A stretch of DNA of 63,834 nt, counting the filler, from Sphaeroforma arctica JP610 (lineage: Eukaryota): assembly GCF_001186125.1 (NCBI RefSeq). It is 5 parts of 2 records of this genome, joined end to end, with 100 filler letters (N's around TTAATTAATTAA, not from the genome) between each part and the next. Parts side by side here need not be neighbours in the genome. Positions count along the whole stretch, not along the records: positions 20,030 to 30,786 come from NW_014040533.1; positions 30,887 to 46,205 come from NW_014040533.1; 3 more parts are not named here. One strand, 5' to 3'. The position numbers were made by a program, and so were the translations under genes. Within the stretch, counting starts at the first letter, position 1; each line of letters begins with the position of its first letter. This document shows positions 22,975 to 35,299 of the stretch, one piece after another. Under the pieces are notes generated by a model that saw only the letters and a list, made by a program, of their open reading frames with translations, made no database searches and was not told the origin of the DNA.

Positions 22975-23769
22975 TGTAATATTCGATCTATTAAGGCGAT
23001 ACTAATGCCTTAGAATAAATAAACGCGTAGATGAATTCTAAGTATCGTGTAACTATCAAAGTAAATAAACGAAATGAGACTTTTAGTAAAGTTATGTATG
23101 CCTCGTGAAATCAGCAATACTCTAAGGGATTGTGAGGCTGAGACATTGCCTATATATAATCCTCTCAGTACTGTTTCCGCCGAAGGGATTTTATTTAGTG
23201 TTTCGTTGTCGCTCTATTAGAAACTATGGTATGTTTCATCGGGGCGAATCCGAGAGACTCATAAAATCCTTTCTTTAGAAAAATAAATAAAAATACTCTT
23301 GATGTCCTGAGTTATTGTCTTAACCAATAACTTGCCACTATCAATAATTACCGACTTAGCCTTCATCAGACTGGCACATCTGGTTGGCTGATCGGAAGAT
23401 CAATTAGGTAACGTTAATAGTCCCTAGAAACCTATATTCGGTTGAGCCATCTCGCTACCGAAGTATTCAGATATAAATAAAGTTGGAAAGTAAATATAGT
23501 TCTATTAATAGAACTAGACCAACTCTTATGTTTGGTATTTTACGAGGCCTTTTAATGGTCTCGTCCAAATATCTGATATGTAAAATGGAAAAGGTATTAA
23601 TTAATAGAACCATTAAAAACCATTTATAAAACTTAAATTCCTCGTGCTATTAAGAGTACTTTTAGGAAACTTAAATTCCTCGTACTATTAAGAGTAAGTT
23701 TATAATTTACTTACTGCTTAAGAGTACGTTTATAACATAGAGTCTAATGTGGAGGCCCGGCTTATTACA
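22975..23769. mobile_element. Solo LTR nested in the Copia RT
   Basis: Termini TGTAATA...TATTACA and 4-bp TSD TAGG. Removing it restores the in-frame RT sequence QGAY-MLDTF. Confidence 0.88.
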
Positions 23770-26061
23770 TAGGCGCCTTGGAGCAATGAGATGGCACCAG
23801 AGCCGTCCTGAATTACTCGGAAACCAACGACATGACGGGCTATACCGAGGTTCGTCATGTTGTAGTGGGTAGAGAGACGCTTAAAAAGCCATGTGTCGTC
23901 AGTAGTAGTAGGGTCGACAGCTGGAAGAATTTCATCGACGTAAATAACGACTACTAGGTCCCGTGAACGACTAGTTTCGTCGGCATCAGATTGCACGAAC
24001 TCAGAGGCACGCAGTTTGGCACTGATGTCAAAATTCCAAAGGCGCCCCGACTGTTTAAGCCGTACAATCCTCTTTAAGCTTGAGAACATGGTTGGCTGGA
24101 TAATGGCCAAGTTCCACGGAGCCTTTGGGCGGGAACACATAAACAGGGAAATCTAACTTACTGTATAGATAGGCAGATGAAAAACATCAAAGTGATGCAC
24201 AACCTCTCTGTCGAAAGCGGCCTTCGCAAAAAAAAATAGGCGGAGAGCGGTAGAGTGGGCGGCTGGAGCATAGGTGTCAGTAAAACTGTCACCATTCTGT
24301 TGTTCGTCCCCACGAGCCACCATGCACGCTTTGTAGTGTGTGAGGTTGCCGTGCTCGTCGTGGTTAAAAGCGAAGACGTATATACTATGGATAACAGTAG
24401 AGTTGGAGGGGACTTGATCGATGGGAACTATATCTGCTAGATTGTTTCGCAAATGGTTGCCATTCGGGTTCGATGGCGGCGGCCCAAGCTGGCCAGGATT
24501 TCGATTTACGAGCAGCAGCGATGGATTTCGGGACGTTAAGGTCATGAAAGGAAGCTGCTTCAAACAAAGCAACTTCAGTGCGAACTGTAGGGGCAATAGA
24601 CCGGATAGCTGGAACATGGTTGGGATGATGGCTGAGATATGCGACGGAGGCCTCGGCGACGTCGGTAGACATTGGGGCGTCGCTAAACGTAGTTGTTAAA
24701 GAAGACATTCTGGTAAGGGGCATGAGTCGAGAAGTTCATATGGTGTAGTGGGTGGAGGCAGTGTGGCCGGAGGACGCGGTGGAGGTGTAGGCAGAGGAGC
24801 TCGACGAGGGCGGGGAATGTGGAAAGATTGGGGGAGTGCAGTGGGTGGTGGAAGGAATATTGCAGGTGGTGTAGCAGGGGTAGGAGGCATAGGGCTGTCA
24901 GTTGTCTGGAAGGGTCGATGTGGGGTGACGGTGTATGGCGGGGTTGGTGGTGTGTGTGGTAAGGGGGGAGAGGGCGGTGGTTGTGGTGTTGTGGGTGGCA
25001 AAGGGAGAGAAGGGGACGGTGGTTGGGGGTGTGAGGTGTGTGTTGGTGATGCATTCGGTACAGGGACTGGAGCGTGGGGGGAGATCGCGGGTGGTAGTGT
25101 GGCATCTTGTGTTTCGGATGGGAGATCATCTTGGCGAACGTCGGGGATGAGCTGGCCCACCGGTGGGATATGGCCCTGGTAAGAATCGATGTTGTCCGGA
25201 TCGCTGATAGGAAGGAACCAGTTTGGTGGTATGGAATGTTATAGGAGGAGGGTGTGGCTGAGCGACTGGCTGTGCGTCAGTCGGGAGACCATTGGGCATT
25301 TTTGTGTGTGTCGATTTGCCGCTGTATTGCGAAGTTTTGGACTCAATAGCAATAAGGTGTTGAGTTGGCGCTACGGCCGAGTAGGACCCCGAATCTCACT
25401 TGCGGGTCGTGCTTAGGGGTGAGCTTTGCTGTCTTACCGCGAAGCTTGAACATGACAACACAGCCAAAACGTGCTTTGGGGTCCCTGGGATGGGCTTCCT
25501 GAAGGAATTTTTGGGCAGGAGTCCGGAGTTTGCCGTTTTCGCCGAGTGTTCTGTTGCGGATGTCGCCAGACCACAACAAAATCTTCCCAATATGGCCGAG
25601 GCATACCGGAGTCTATAGGGAGAAGACGAATCAATCCATTGAGGGTATCATGCGGGCGCTCAACCTTTGCATTTTGTGAAAGGGAGTAAGGTGGTGGTCG
25701 GCGAAGTTGTACATGTCGTTTGAGTAGCATGCCCTTCATGTCCTGGCTGTGGAAAGACATATCATTGCCAGCAGTCAGCGTGTCCGCGACCCAAAAGGCA
25801 GGAACATCTGAAATCAATCTATCAATGTTGATAAACATGTTCTGTTTGTGTGGTAGTGCCTTACGGAGTCCGTATCTAGTACTTGCGTCGAACATATTGA
25901 GTATGTAGATATTTTCATAGCGACTGGAGAGTACGGGACCCTGGAGGTCTGTGTGAAACCGTTCCCCCGGTCCGTAAACTGTGTTTTGCAAATTCCGGGT
26001 TTGCTTTCGCATAGTCAATGGCTAGGGTGAAATCGCGACCTGGTGACACGTGGGAATGAAG

Positions 26062-26444
26062 AGGGCCGAGAACAGCGACTACCGTAAAAACCCATGAGGG
26101 GTTTCCTACAGATTCGGTACCGTGTCGTGTAAAAGTGGTGGCTGTACTCTGGACTAAGAATGGCTGACTTTGTAGATGGGCCATGAATGCAGGCCACAAA
26201 GGGGCAGCGGGACGTAGCGGAGCGACAATGACAATTGTACTGCCTGTTTTAGTATTAGCGGCAATAATATCACGGATTATCGACCAGGGGGGCAGACATA
26301 GGCCAGTTCGTTGATTAAATCGATGTCAGACCAATCGAGAGCGATGCCGCCGCCTTCGGGTGATACATGGCGAGGGAATTGGGCAGTCACTTTGGAAAGC
26401 ACCTGGTGTAAAATGGTAGAGTTGAACATCCAATGCTCTGTCAT
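26062..26444 (-). pseudogene. DIRS-type N6-adenine methyltransferase-like domain embedded in the Copia pol (frameshifted)
   Basis: EHWMFNSTILHQV...ALDWSD...AYVCP(P)WSIIRDII...TIVIVAPLRPAAPLWP...QPFLV....FTRHG...GNPSW...LGP; a 1-nt frameshift lies in the C-run near 26290. Confidence 0.72.
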
Positions 26445-28629
26445 GATATTGGAGGAGGTGGGCGTGTGAGTGTGACATTCTCGTGCTTCGTCATTCGGAG
26501 AGTAACGCGGCGACTGCGATGGCCTATAGAGCGATGATATGCGTCGTAGGTCATAGTGGTGTGCGATGCGCGCGTCGCAGATGATTTGGGGTGAAGTTGC
26601 GGGTCAACAGAGTCAGGAGGTTGAGGAAGATGGTCATTGGAGTCAGGGGGTTGAGGAGGCGAGGCAGGAGGAGGGGATATCGGTGCAGGTGTTGCAGGCT
26701 CGGCAGTCAAAGTAGAAATTGACTGGGATGCTTGGGTGTGTGTTGGTATAGGGTCAACAGGAGCAGCAGTTGGTAATAGAGGGGCTCGAGTTTTAGTACG
26801 AGGGGCCGGTAGTGATGGTGGTGCTGGAGTCAAGCGGGATATCTTAGTAAGAGTAAGGTGCTGTTGAAGGGAAGAATAGGACACGTAGTAGTCTCCAGCT
26901 GTTCGAGGCAGGGTAACAATAGAATTCTTGATACCTAGAAAGCATTCCTGTTTGTCGCCTGGGAAGTTTAGGGAAAATCTGGAGTCTTGGAGATTATTTT
27001 GGGCTATAAGGCCCTGAGTAAGTTCGGGATCTAAGTATGTAGTACCTAGATGTGAGAGAGTACCCCGGACGGTGACATATTTTATGCGATTGTCAGCGAG
27101 GCGTAGAGGGTAGCGGCCTGTCTCGACGTTGCGAAGGAGGTGACGCGCCGAACTGTGCATATAATTCACAGTTGCTCCACCGTCGAATAACGAGTTGTTG
27201 TCAGGCAAGCTTGTGTGAGTAGCTTGGGCAAATTATAGGGATCATGATACGTGGGATGGTTGTAGGAACAGGATAGGGGAAATTCTGTTTATTGCTACGT
27301 TTAGAACATAAAATTTCTAAGTGACCCTTTTTAGAGCAATTGGTACATGTTAAGGATTGAGGAGTACATGCTCGGCTATTGTGGCCCACGGTACCTCAGC
27401 GGCCGCAGGCTTTAGAACATAGGGATGATACATGTGTGGACTTCTGACACACGAAATACAGCATAGGACGGGTCGTCTTAGTTTGTGTTGCATTTTGAAG
27501 GTCAGTGATCATTTCGACGACGTCCTGGAGAGTTGGTTCAGCTGCAGGAGTAGTTCGGGCGATGCCAGGGATGACTTCGTCGTTAGATGAAAGTGGAGCC
27601 TTTGTAGCATGTAGTTTCTTGAGGTAGTCAAGGATATGATAAATTGTGATGCCGTCGCGATGCTTAATGACATGAGGTATACGTTTTGAATTTGGTGCTT
27701 GTCGACATCAGAGAGACCGCCAATGAAGCGATTCTGTGCCACGACAGGTGAAAATGTAGTGCCCTGGGCTTTGGCACGGTAAAGTATATCTTCGGTGCGG
27801 TGTGACCAGGTTCTGAGAGACTCATCCTGTAAACGTATGAGGGTTCTGAGGTAAGCGCCGTCGATGATAGCATAAGTATTCCAAGATTGGTGCTTGAAGT
27901 GTCATTTCAGGAGAGCAAGGATTGTCCATGGGTGGCTGGAACGGATAGTTGGGACAAGCTTCAGTCGTTGGGCAGCACATTTAGTGGAAAAAATTAGGTT
28001 CTTTGCTTCGTAATAAGTTCCTGATTCTTTTATATTGGTCACGTAATCAGCTTCCTTAATAAATGCAGCCTGAGCCGATGTCAATTCCTTTTTGGGTGTT
28101 TGCTGAACTTCTTCGTAAAATTCCGAGATCGATTCGGTCGACGGAACGTAGATGAATACGAAAGATATATCTTTCTTGCTGATGGCAGTAGAAGCCATGT
28201 CTAGATCCGCTATCCAGTGGTCTATGTTTGTTCCATCTTCGTTGAGGACAGACCAAGAAATGGCGGGGAGTTTAGTGGAGCTAGAAAGCATCTTGTTAGT
28301 ATTTAGGAGGATATTGTGTAGTCAATAAAAAGGCCCACAACCTATAGAGACCTATCCATCAGATGTTTCTTAGTAACTAGTTGCTTAGTATAAAGTGAAA
28401 AACCTATTTATATTGAACAACATATTGTGCTGCACATGGTCCCTCTCTAGGGTCGCGTGGCAACCGTAGGAAAAACTCGGTTGAGGTTTAGGACTTAGAA
28501 AGGATAAACTAGGTTTGTCCTATACTATGGCCATCTTTTAGGGGGAACATTGAAGATCCTAGTCGATTTTTCAAACGATCAAGAAGGCTATGGAAAAAGT
28601 GTAAATAAACACATACTACACGACAACTA

Positions 28630-29700
28630 TACATAAATATGTGTGTGTGGGCGTGTGTAACTACTATTGAGCGCATGCGAGGGAACGTGTGTGTAATTGA
28701 GTGAGCGCGTGTGAGTGAGCGAGAGGTTGTGTATGATAGTATGCGTGAATGCGTATGTATGTATGAGTATTTGTGAGTGAGCATGGACGTCTGTACTCGT
28801 GTGTGAGTGAGGTGTATGAGTGAGTGATTACGTGAATGGGTGTGAGTGAGTGAGCGTGTGTGGGTGAGCGTGTTTATGTGTAAGCGTATGTGACTGAGCA
28901 ACAGTGCGTATTTGTGTATGTGTTGAGTGAATGTGAGGAAGAAATGGCGGGGTTTTAGATGATCTACTTCAATTTCAAAAAAATAGAATGAGGTGCTTTT
29001 TGATTCTGTCTGGGCGGGTGTACACATGAGAGAGAGAGTGAGTGAGTGAGTGCGCGAGTGTTATTGAGTGAGTAAGAGTGAGTGAGTAAGTGAGTGATAT
29101 GAGAGAGAGCGTATGGGCGTGTACACGTATATATATATATATATATGTGTGTGTGTTGTGTGTGTGAGATTGTTTGCACATGTGTGTAGGCGTTTGTATT
29201 AGTGAGCGCGTGTGAGTGAACGTGTTTGTGGTTGAGTGAGCGAGTGTGAGTGAGTGGTTTGTGCGTGTGTATGGGTGAGTATATACGATTGTGTATACAT
29301 GAGTGAGCGTGTATGATTGAGCGTGTGTCCATTAGCAATAGTATGTATATGTACACATGTGTTGAGTGAGTGTTTGTGAGTGTGTTGGTATGAGTGAGTG
29401 TGGGTGAGTTAGTGTGTGTGGGTGTGAGTGAATGTGTGGGTGTGTGGGTGTATGGATGTGTGCTATGAGAGAGTGTGTATGAGGAGTGCGTGTGAGAGCG
29501 CATGTGCGAGAGTTTATGAGTGGGTGAGTGTAAGTTGTTGGGTGTTTGCGTGAGTGAGGTGTGAGTTAGAGAGTGTGTGTGATTGATCGTGTGTGTGATT
29601 GTGTGTGAATGTATGTGAATGTGTACACATGTATGTGTGTGTATGAGTGAGTAGGTGGGCGGGTGGGGTGCCGTGGTGTGTGTGTGTGTGTTTAAACGCA
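28630..29700. repeat. Low-complexity (GT/GTGA)-rich degenerate satellite
   Basis: Directly visible; it generates spurious His/Thr-rich ORFs. Confidence 0.9.
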
Positions 29701-30286
29701 AGTGACAGAGTGTGTTCCGTCAGTGCTCTTGGGTATGTGGGCCTGTGGGGTGCTGTGGGTCCGTGGGAGATTTTGTTTTGGAACAAATAGATTACCCCTA
29801 CGATCAAACGCTTTCAGTCCCCGCGGCGTCCCAGCCGTGTTTTATTTTTTATAGGAACAGATGTGGCAGTGCCAGTCCCGTCCCAGCCTCCCAGGGACGC
29901 ACAGTAATTCAAATATCTGCACATCCGCATGGTCCGATTTCCTACCAAGAAAAAGCCGAAGTCCATCCAGTGGCAGCTCGCTGCTGGCATCCACTTGTAA
30001 AATGAAAAATGGGGCAGCCGACGTATAGTCGAGCAGGCACAGCTATTGAGCAATACATCTCATCTCCATCTGCGTCATACACGATTTGAGTGTGTATAGT
30101 GGTCGGCACAGTAGTCACAGTAGTCGACGTAGTAGCTGTCGACGCAGTTGTCGGCACAAGGAATTGCGAGAACTATAAATAAAGGCATTCTTGTCTCACA
30201 GGGCACAGGGTACGTAGTGCATAAATACTTGCGTCGGAGATTTATTTACAAAGTCACAAAAAACCTTGTAGAGAGTCACAGCACTT

Positions 30287-33200
30287 ATGGACGTAATAAC
30301 TGAAGAGTGGCTACGCAATGTGGTCGATGATAAAGATCTGGTGTCATTGGACTCCGTCACAGATATGTCTCAAGATTCAGGGCGGATGGGCGACATGATC
30401 AAGGTACCTGACCCTGACCCTGGAACTTGACTCTGGAAAAGTTCCAGGCTTCTTTGCAGCTCCTTCATCCATATCAAGTTGAGAATACTCATATATGTCA
30501 TAGTATTGATAATATATTTGCGTGGCAGTAGGTAAAAAAATGCGAGTAGCAGAGGTTAAACGTTTTGTGTCCAAATACTAGCGAGATTGCATCTAAATAC
30601 ATTGACTCTGTGTGTAGGCATGTTTGAGATTAGATAAGGTGATACCGAGAGACCCAATTCGTAGGACTTGTGAGCAAAAATACGCACGAATACGTGTGTA
30701 TACTACATACACTGTGTCAAATATATATATATATACATAATTTGTATATGTATATATACTATTCACACACACACACACACACACACNNNNNNNNNNNNNN
30801 NNNNNNNNNNNNNNNNNNNNNNNNNNNNNNTTAATTAATTAANNNNNNNNNNNNNNNNNNNNNNNNNNNNNNNNNNNNNNNNNNNNAATTCTGATTGTTT
30901 GGTCGCTAGCAACATTGATTCATCAGTACAATGTGGGTTGTGCATGCTGACTCCTAGTTGAAAAAATGACTCTAGTATCACACGTTAGGTACTGCGTGTT
31001 TCTGCATGGCAAATATACGGAATTTTGCCGAATATCTGTTATACATGCGTATTTACATGTTATTTTGTGTCTTCATGCTTACTTTTGTGATCCTTTGTGT
31101 ATTCAGGCTTTCCAATCTATTCCTTTGTGTACAATCTCGCTATATGTAGGTAGTTTCCACGCATAGCGGTGATATCGTACGACACCGCATCGTTAAAACT
31201 CTCATTGGCGATCAGAAATTACAAATGGCTCTCCAATACGGACTAAGCCGTGAAGCACACGTTTTCAACACTTTTGGGGCCGAACTATTTGAGTCAGGTC
31301 TCATACCCAGGATATACTATGCCACTACCAACGATATCACCGGCTCGAAGACCGTGATGATGGAAGATTTATCCAAAGGGCATGTGGTTGCTAGTGTGTT
31401 TTTTAGCAAGAATTCACCTCATATGAAGAATGCCGACCCTAAAGACGAGGTAGGGGAATCTGCAAAGTGCTTGGGAGAAAATTCTATGCTATCATACAGG
31501 TTGAGGTTACAATGCATGCCTGCCTCCTTGTTAGGTTTAAATGAGGAGCACACCAGAAACACCCATACGCTATGCTCGTATATGTATAACGATTTCGCCC
31601 ATCATGGGAAGTTCTAGATAACATGATTTCGTTCCCGACCGTTTCGTACATGTTTCGATTCAGCTGAAGGAAACAATATTCTGCTGATGGCGATTGTATA
31701 TTTTTCTCACCTAAGCGGAAATTAAATGGCTCAGATGCAATATACCAACACGAAAGCTTAGAAATCATTTAAAAAGTCAATTGCCAGATATGGACACGGA
31801 TTCATCTACAATGCATTGGAACACACGATTGATCAGGTCAACTATAAATTGAGTGGCAAGGCAGTAGCAGAGCTCACTTTCCGTACTTTGGCAAGACTGC
31901 ACGCACTCCACTGGAACGATACCTCCTTGCTGACTCACAGCTGGTTGCGAAATGTGGACGTCTTAACAGCCAATTCTGGGTAATACATACGTTAAGCTTT
32001 GATATATACAAGTTTACATCTTTGAAAGTATTCATCTGTTTGCAGAACATTCGCGCGCAAGTTTTCCAGTGAGATGTACGTATACTCTAGCTGTTATTCT
32101 TTCAAAGCTGTATCATCTACTGAGTTGACCAATAGGTATGTATGGGTGGGTAATTCCGTGCTACACGTCGTTGTAGTAACGTTGTTATGTGAGATTACAC
32201 CTACGTGCACATGCTGTGTTACACGCTCTCACTCTGAATATACCGTAGTGAAGGATGGTATCGCGCGCTACCAAAGGAAAATCCTTGCATGTTTCTGCTT
32301 TCCAATTTGAGCTGGAATATAAACGAAATCATTTTTATGAAGGCATGGTTTCTGCGCGGATTTTCCAGAATGTGTAATTCTGTTGTGCCCCTCATGGTAG
32401 ACTTTTGCATGTCTCTGAGCACGCTTTTTTATTCACAAGTTTTGGCCATGTCCTCAAAATTGTTTAGCGTATGGTCTAGCGACAGTTAAGGAGTTGTGCA
32501 GTCATATTGCCTGTGAATAGGGATGATGATCTTGTCGTCTTCATGACATGACATTGCGCTGTATTACCTTGACCTCGAAATTTTTGAACATACTGATCTC
32601 TTGTGCTCGTGTTTTTTTCTTCATTTGTGCTTACATTTAGTTGATACTGCACAGGATAGAAACATTTCAATATTTATCGTATGCTACACCGCACTGAACC
32701 TTTTGCGTTCATTTCGTTTTCTCGCTTACATATCTCTTTAGTATCAACTCTCTTCTTCAGCATTCAAATATAAATCCTACACAATCAACATTTCGCGAGT
32801 TTGCGATCACTCAATCTAATTCCCACGTGTTTTTGTTGCAATTCCCTGTTTCAGTACGGATGCCACTACTCAATGGACAACTTTGGCAGATTCACTCCGT
32901 AGCTCATGGAGTAAAGGCCAAATTCGGGAAGACATCACATGGGATACTCACCTTCTTCAATGCATGGACGCATCCATCGGCAAGCTGTCGTGGGAGTCTC
33001 TTCACGAAGAAAACCAATCGATTCCGTATACGCTCTGTCACGGGGATTTTCACGCGGGAAATGTTTTAGTTGATCAGGTACGTGCTGTTGACAGCATAGC
33101 TAGCAAAATATCGGGAATGGGCTGAGATCTGAAACCTACGTCATAGGGCCAGTCTTGTCCAGTTATTTTTGTTGTTGCATTTCGTAAAATTTGCTGTTAC

Positions 33201-33733
33201 ATGTCTAGTTGTGCAATGTATCATATAACATACGCTTGCTTTGTGTCACATGCCAGGTGTATTTGCTTGCGATCGGGCCCAGCTCTTGTTGTCACACTAT
33301 ATTTGATACCTGATCGTCAGCACACTTAACTCATTTCTCTAAAAAAACTTACCTAATCAACGAAAATCAGGCCAACGAGACTGTAAAATTCGTTGATTTC
33401 GAGGTCTCTATGGTGAACATAGGTCCAAGGGAATTAGGCCAGTTTACAATCTCAAATATATCGACTGCTGAGCGCCGTCAATGGGAGAAGACTTTGGTTC
33501 TCACATACCACAAAGAACTAAGCAAATGTTTAGGAGACAAATGTCAGATAAGCGAGGAAGATTGTTGGCTGCAATACACTCAGGGATGTTCTCGATGGGT
33601 TTTCTTCCTTGCTCTCTTTGTTGGTACGTGGCAGGCAGATGCTGTCACATGCCAGTATTTCCATGATCAGATCGCCGACTTTTTGCACGACCACGTTTCC
33701 GATCCGAAAGATATGGTTCAACCTCTATTATAA
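30287..33733 (+). CDS. EcKinase/choline kinase/APH-like phosphotransferase; exons about 30287-30403, 31150-31449, 31838-31979, 32855-33077, 33371-33733
   Basis: MDVITEEWLR, REAHVF, IPRIYY, VMMEDLS, LARLHALHWND, TLCHGDFHAGN (Brenner motif), FVDFE. Exon 1 lies across an assembly spacer. Confidence 0.85.
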
Positions 33734-35299
33734 TATGCTTGGAGGTAGAAGGTGATCTTTTGGCCTGGGGTGGCCAGTGCGAAGAATTTACCCTTACGAC
33801 AAGTCCGATCGAAATGACAACCATCGCAAGTGGATATCGCGACACTTTCCTCGCGTAGTATAGTAGTGGGCATAGCGATAGACCGCCGGTCTTTCTGTAA
33901 ATAGATCTAGCAGTAGATAAATATTGTGGTGTCATGTGCGGCACTTGTATACCTTCTAATCTCATTATGAGATGTCGAGCATGGCTAATAGCACATACAG
34001 GCGTAGCGATTTCTGAGGTATTCACAGTTGTATCATATACGCATCTTCAAATCACGTTTCGACTAAACTAAAGTAGTATATGTTAGAATATTCTACCCCA
34101 CCGCTTAATTCAGCCCGAATTGAACTCTGGCCGTGGCTTGAACATGGATCTGTTACGAGAACACGGATAATAGAATTGGCAACCGAATTGTGGGTGGACT
34201 TGCGTTAGCGGATAGTGAGCGGATTGGAAACCCTTCCAATCTTTATCTCGGTCCCCACCCATCCACTCCCGTCCCTCCATTTCCTCTATTAATGTCACTG
34301 TCAAGTCAGAATTTAGTGGTATGGTGATGGAATATTGAACTATTTTGATTGTTATTGCAATTTTCCTATCGCAATCGTCCGTTTTGATTAGTTAATTGAT
34401 TACCTCATATTTAAACTCTATTTGTTTGCTTGATTACACATTTCTTGTGAGGTCGTAGCCAGTGGTTTAATGACATACAACACCCGGGAGCGTTAACATC
34501 GCGGTATCGTCATGTGTCAGGCAGCTACTATTTACGGGCCTTACAGGTCTGATATAATACCTGTTGCTAAATTTCCTTTGTGCTTGACTCATATTCGGGA
34601 CTACTCCATTCTTTTTGCTATTTATATTTAACCACAATCATTATTGCTTTACTTGGTCTTTCCAACACCAGTACAGAATGATTTTAGGCAGTGTGCTGTA
34701 CTATATCCTCACGCGCGCTTACAAAAAATAGGCTTGCTACCAATCATATCAACATGCTTTGTCGATGGATGATCGTGCCCATTGCATTAATCATCACTGC
34801 CATTACAAAATATATAGCAGTTTCGCCATATGCACTCTTAAGTTAAGAACTAGGAAATTCGCCTTCTTGTTGCTGCTTCTGAGCTCTCACACAGTTTTGA
34901 ATCTTGTGTCCAATCGTGCTGTCATACTATTCCTACTATCAAATACTCCTACCATCGAACGCGAGAGTTACGTTGTTTGCTCCGATGTGGTGATCAAGTG
35001 ATCTATTGTGGTGTATAAAGTAGAAGTGGTCGAACGGCTTGGTCTTCTCACAGTCAATGTCAGATCTGACATATATTCTCCCCATATGCTGCACAGCAAG
35101 ACAAGATAGTTCCTCAGGCTGTGTACATTCTTAAGCAGCATGAGGAAGTTTAATAATGTTAGGCACGCTTAGCTCAGTCGAATTTACCGTTCGGCATTTG
35201 CGATTTGCCCAGCTGTTGGACACATTTGGGACGCTGTGTGATAGCGTCTTTTCGCACTGTGCCGTTCTGATGTGTGTACAGTTCTGCCTTTGTTTATAT

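Larger units (their letters stand above)
21972..28524 (-). mobile_element. Full-length degenerate Ty1/Copia LTR retrotransposon
   Basis: LTRs 28343-28524 and 21972-22154; TSD CTATG (21967-21971, 28525-28529); PBS GGTTGTGGGCC; poly-G PPT near 22156-22170. Order on minus strand: gag zinc knuckle (CTNCSKKGHLEILC), protease (FDGGAT), integrase (FHTDLQGP, QNAKVER), RT (KACMVARG, IYVDE), RNase H (YSDSDWA, GEAEYIA, DNQSAI, ADLLTK). Many frameshifts. Confidence 0.96.

Noticed and set aside
28509..29807. Long His/Thr-rich ORFs
   Set aside because: Translations of the GT-rich low-complexity repeat.
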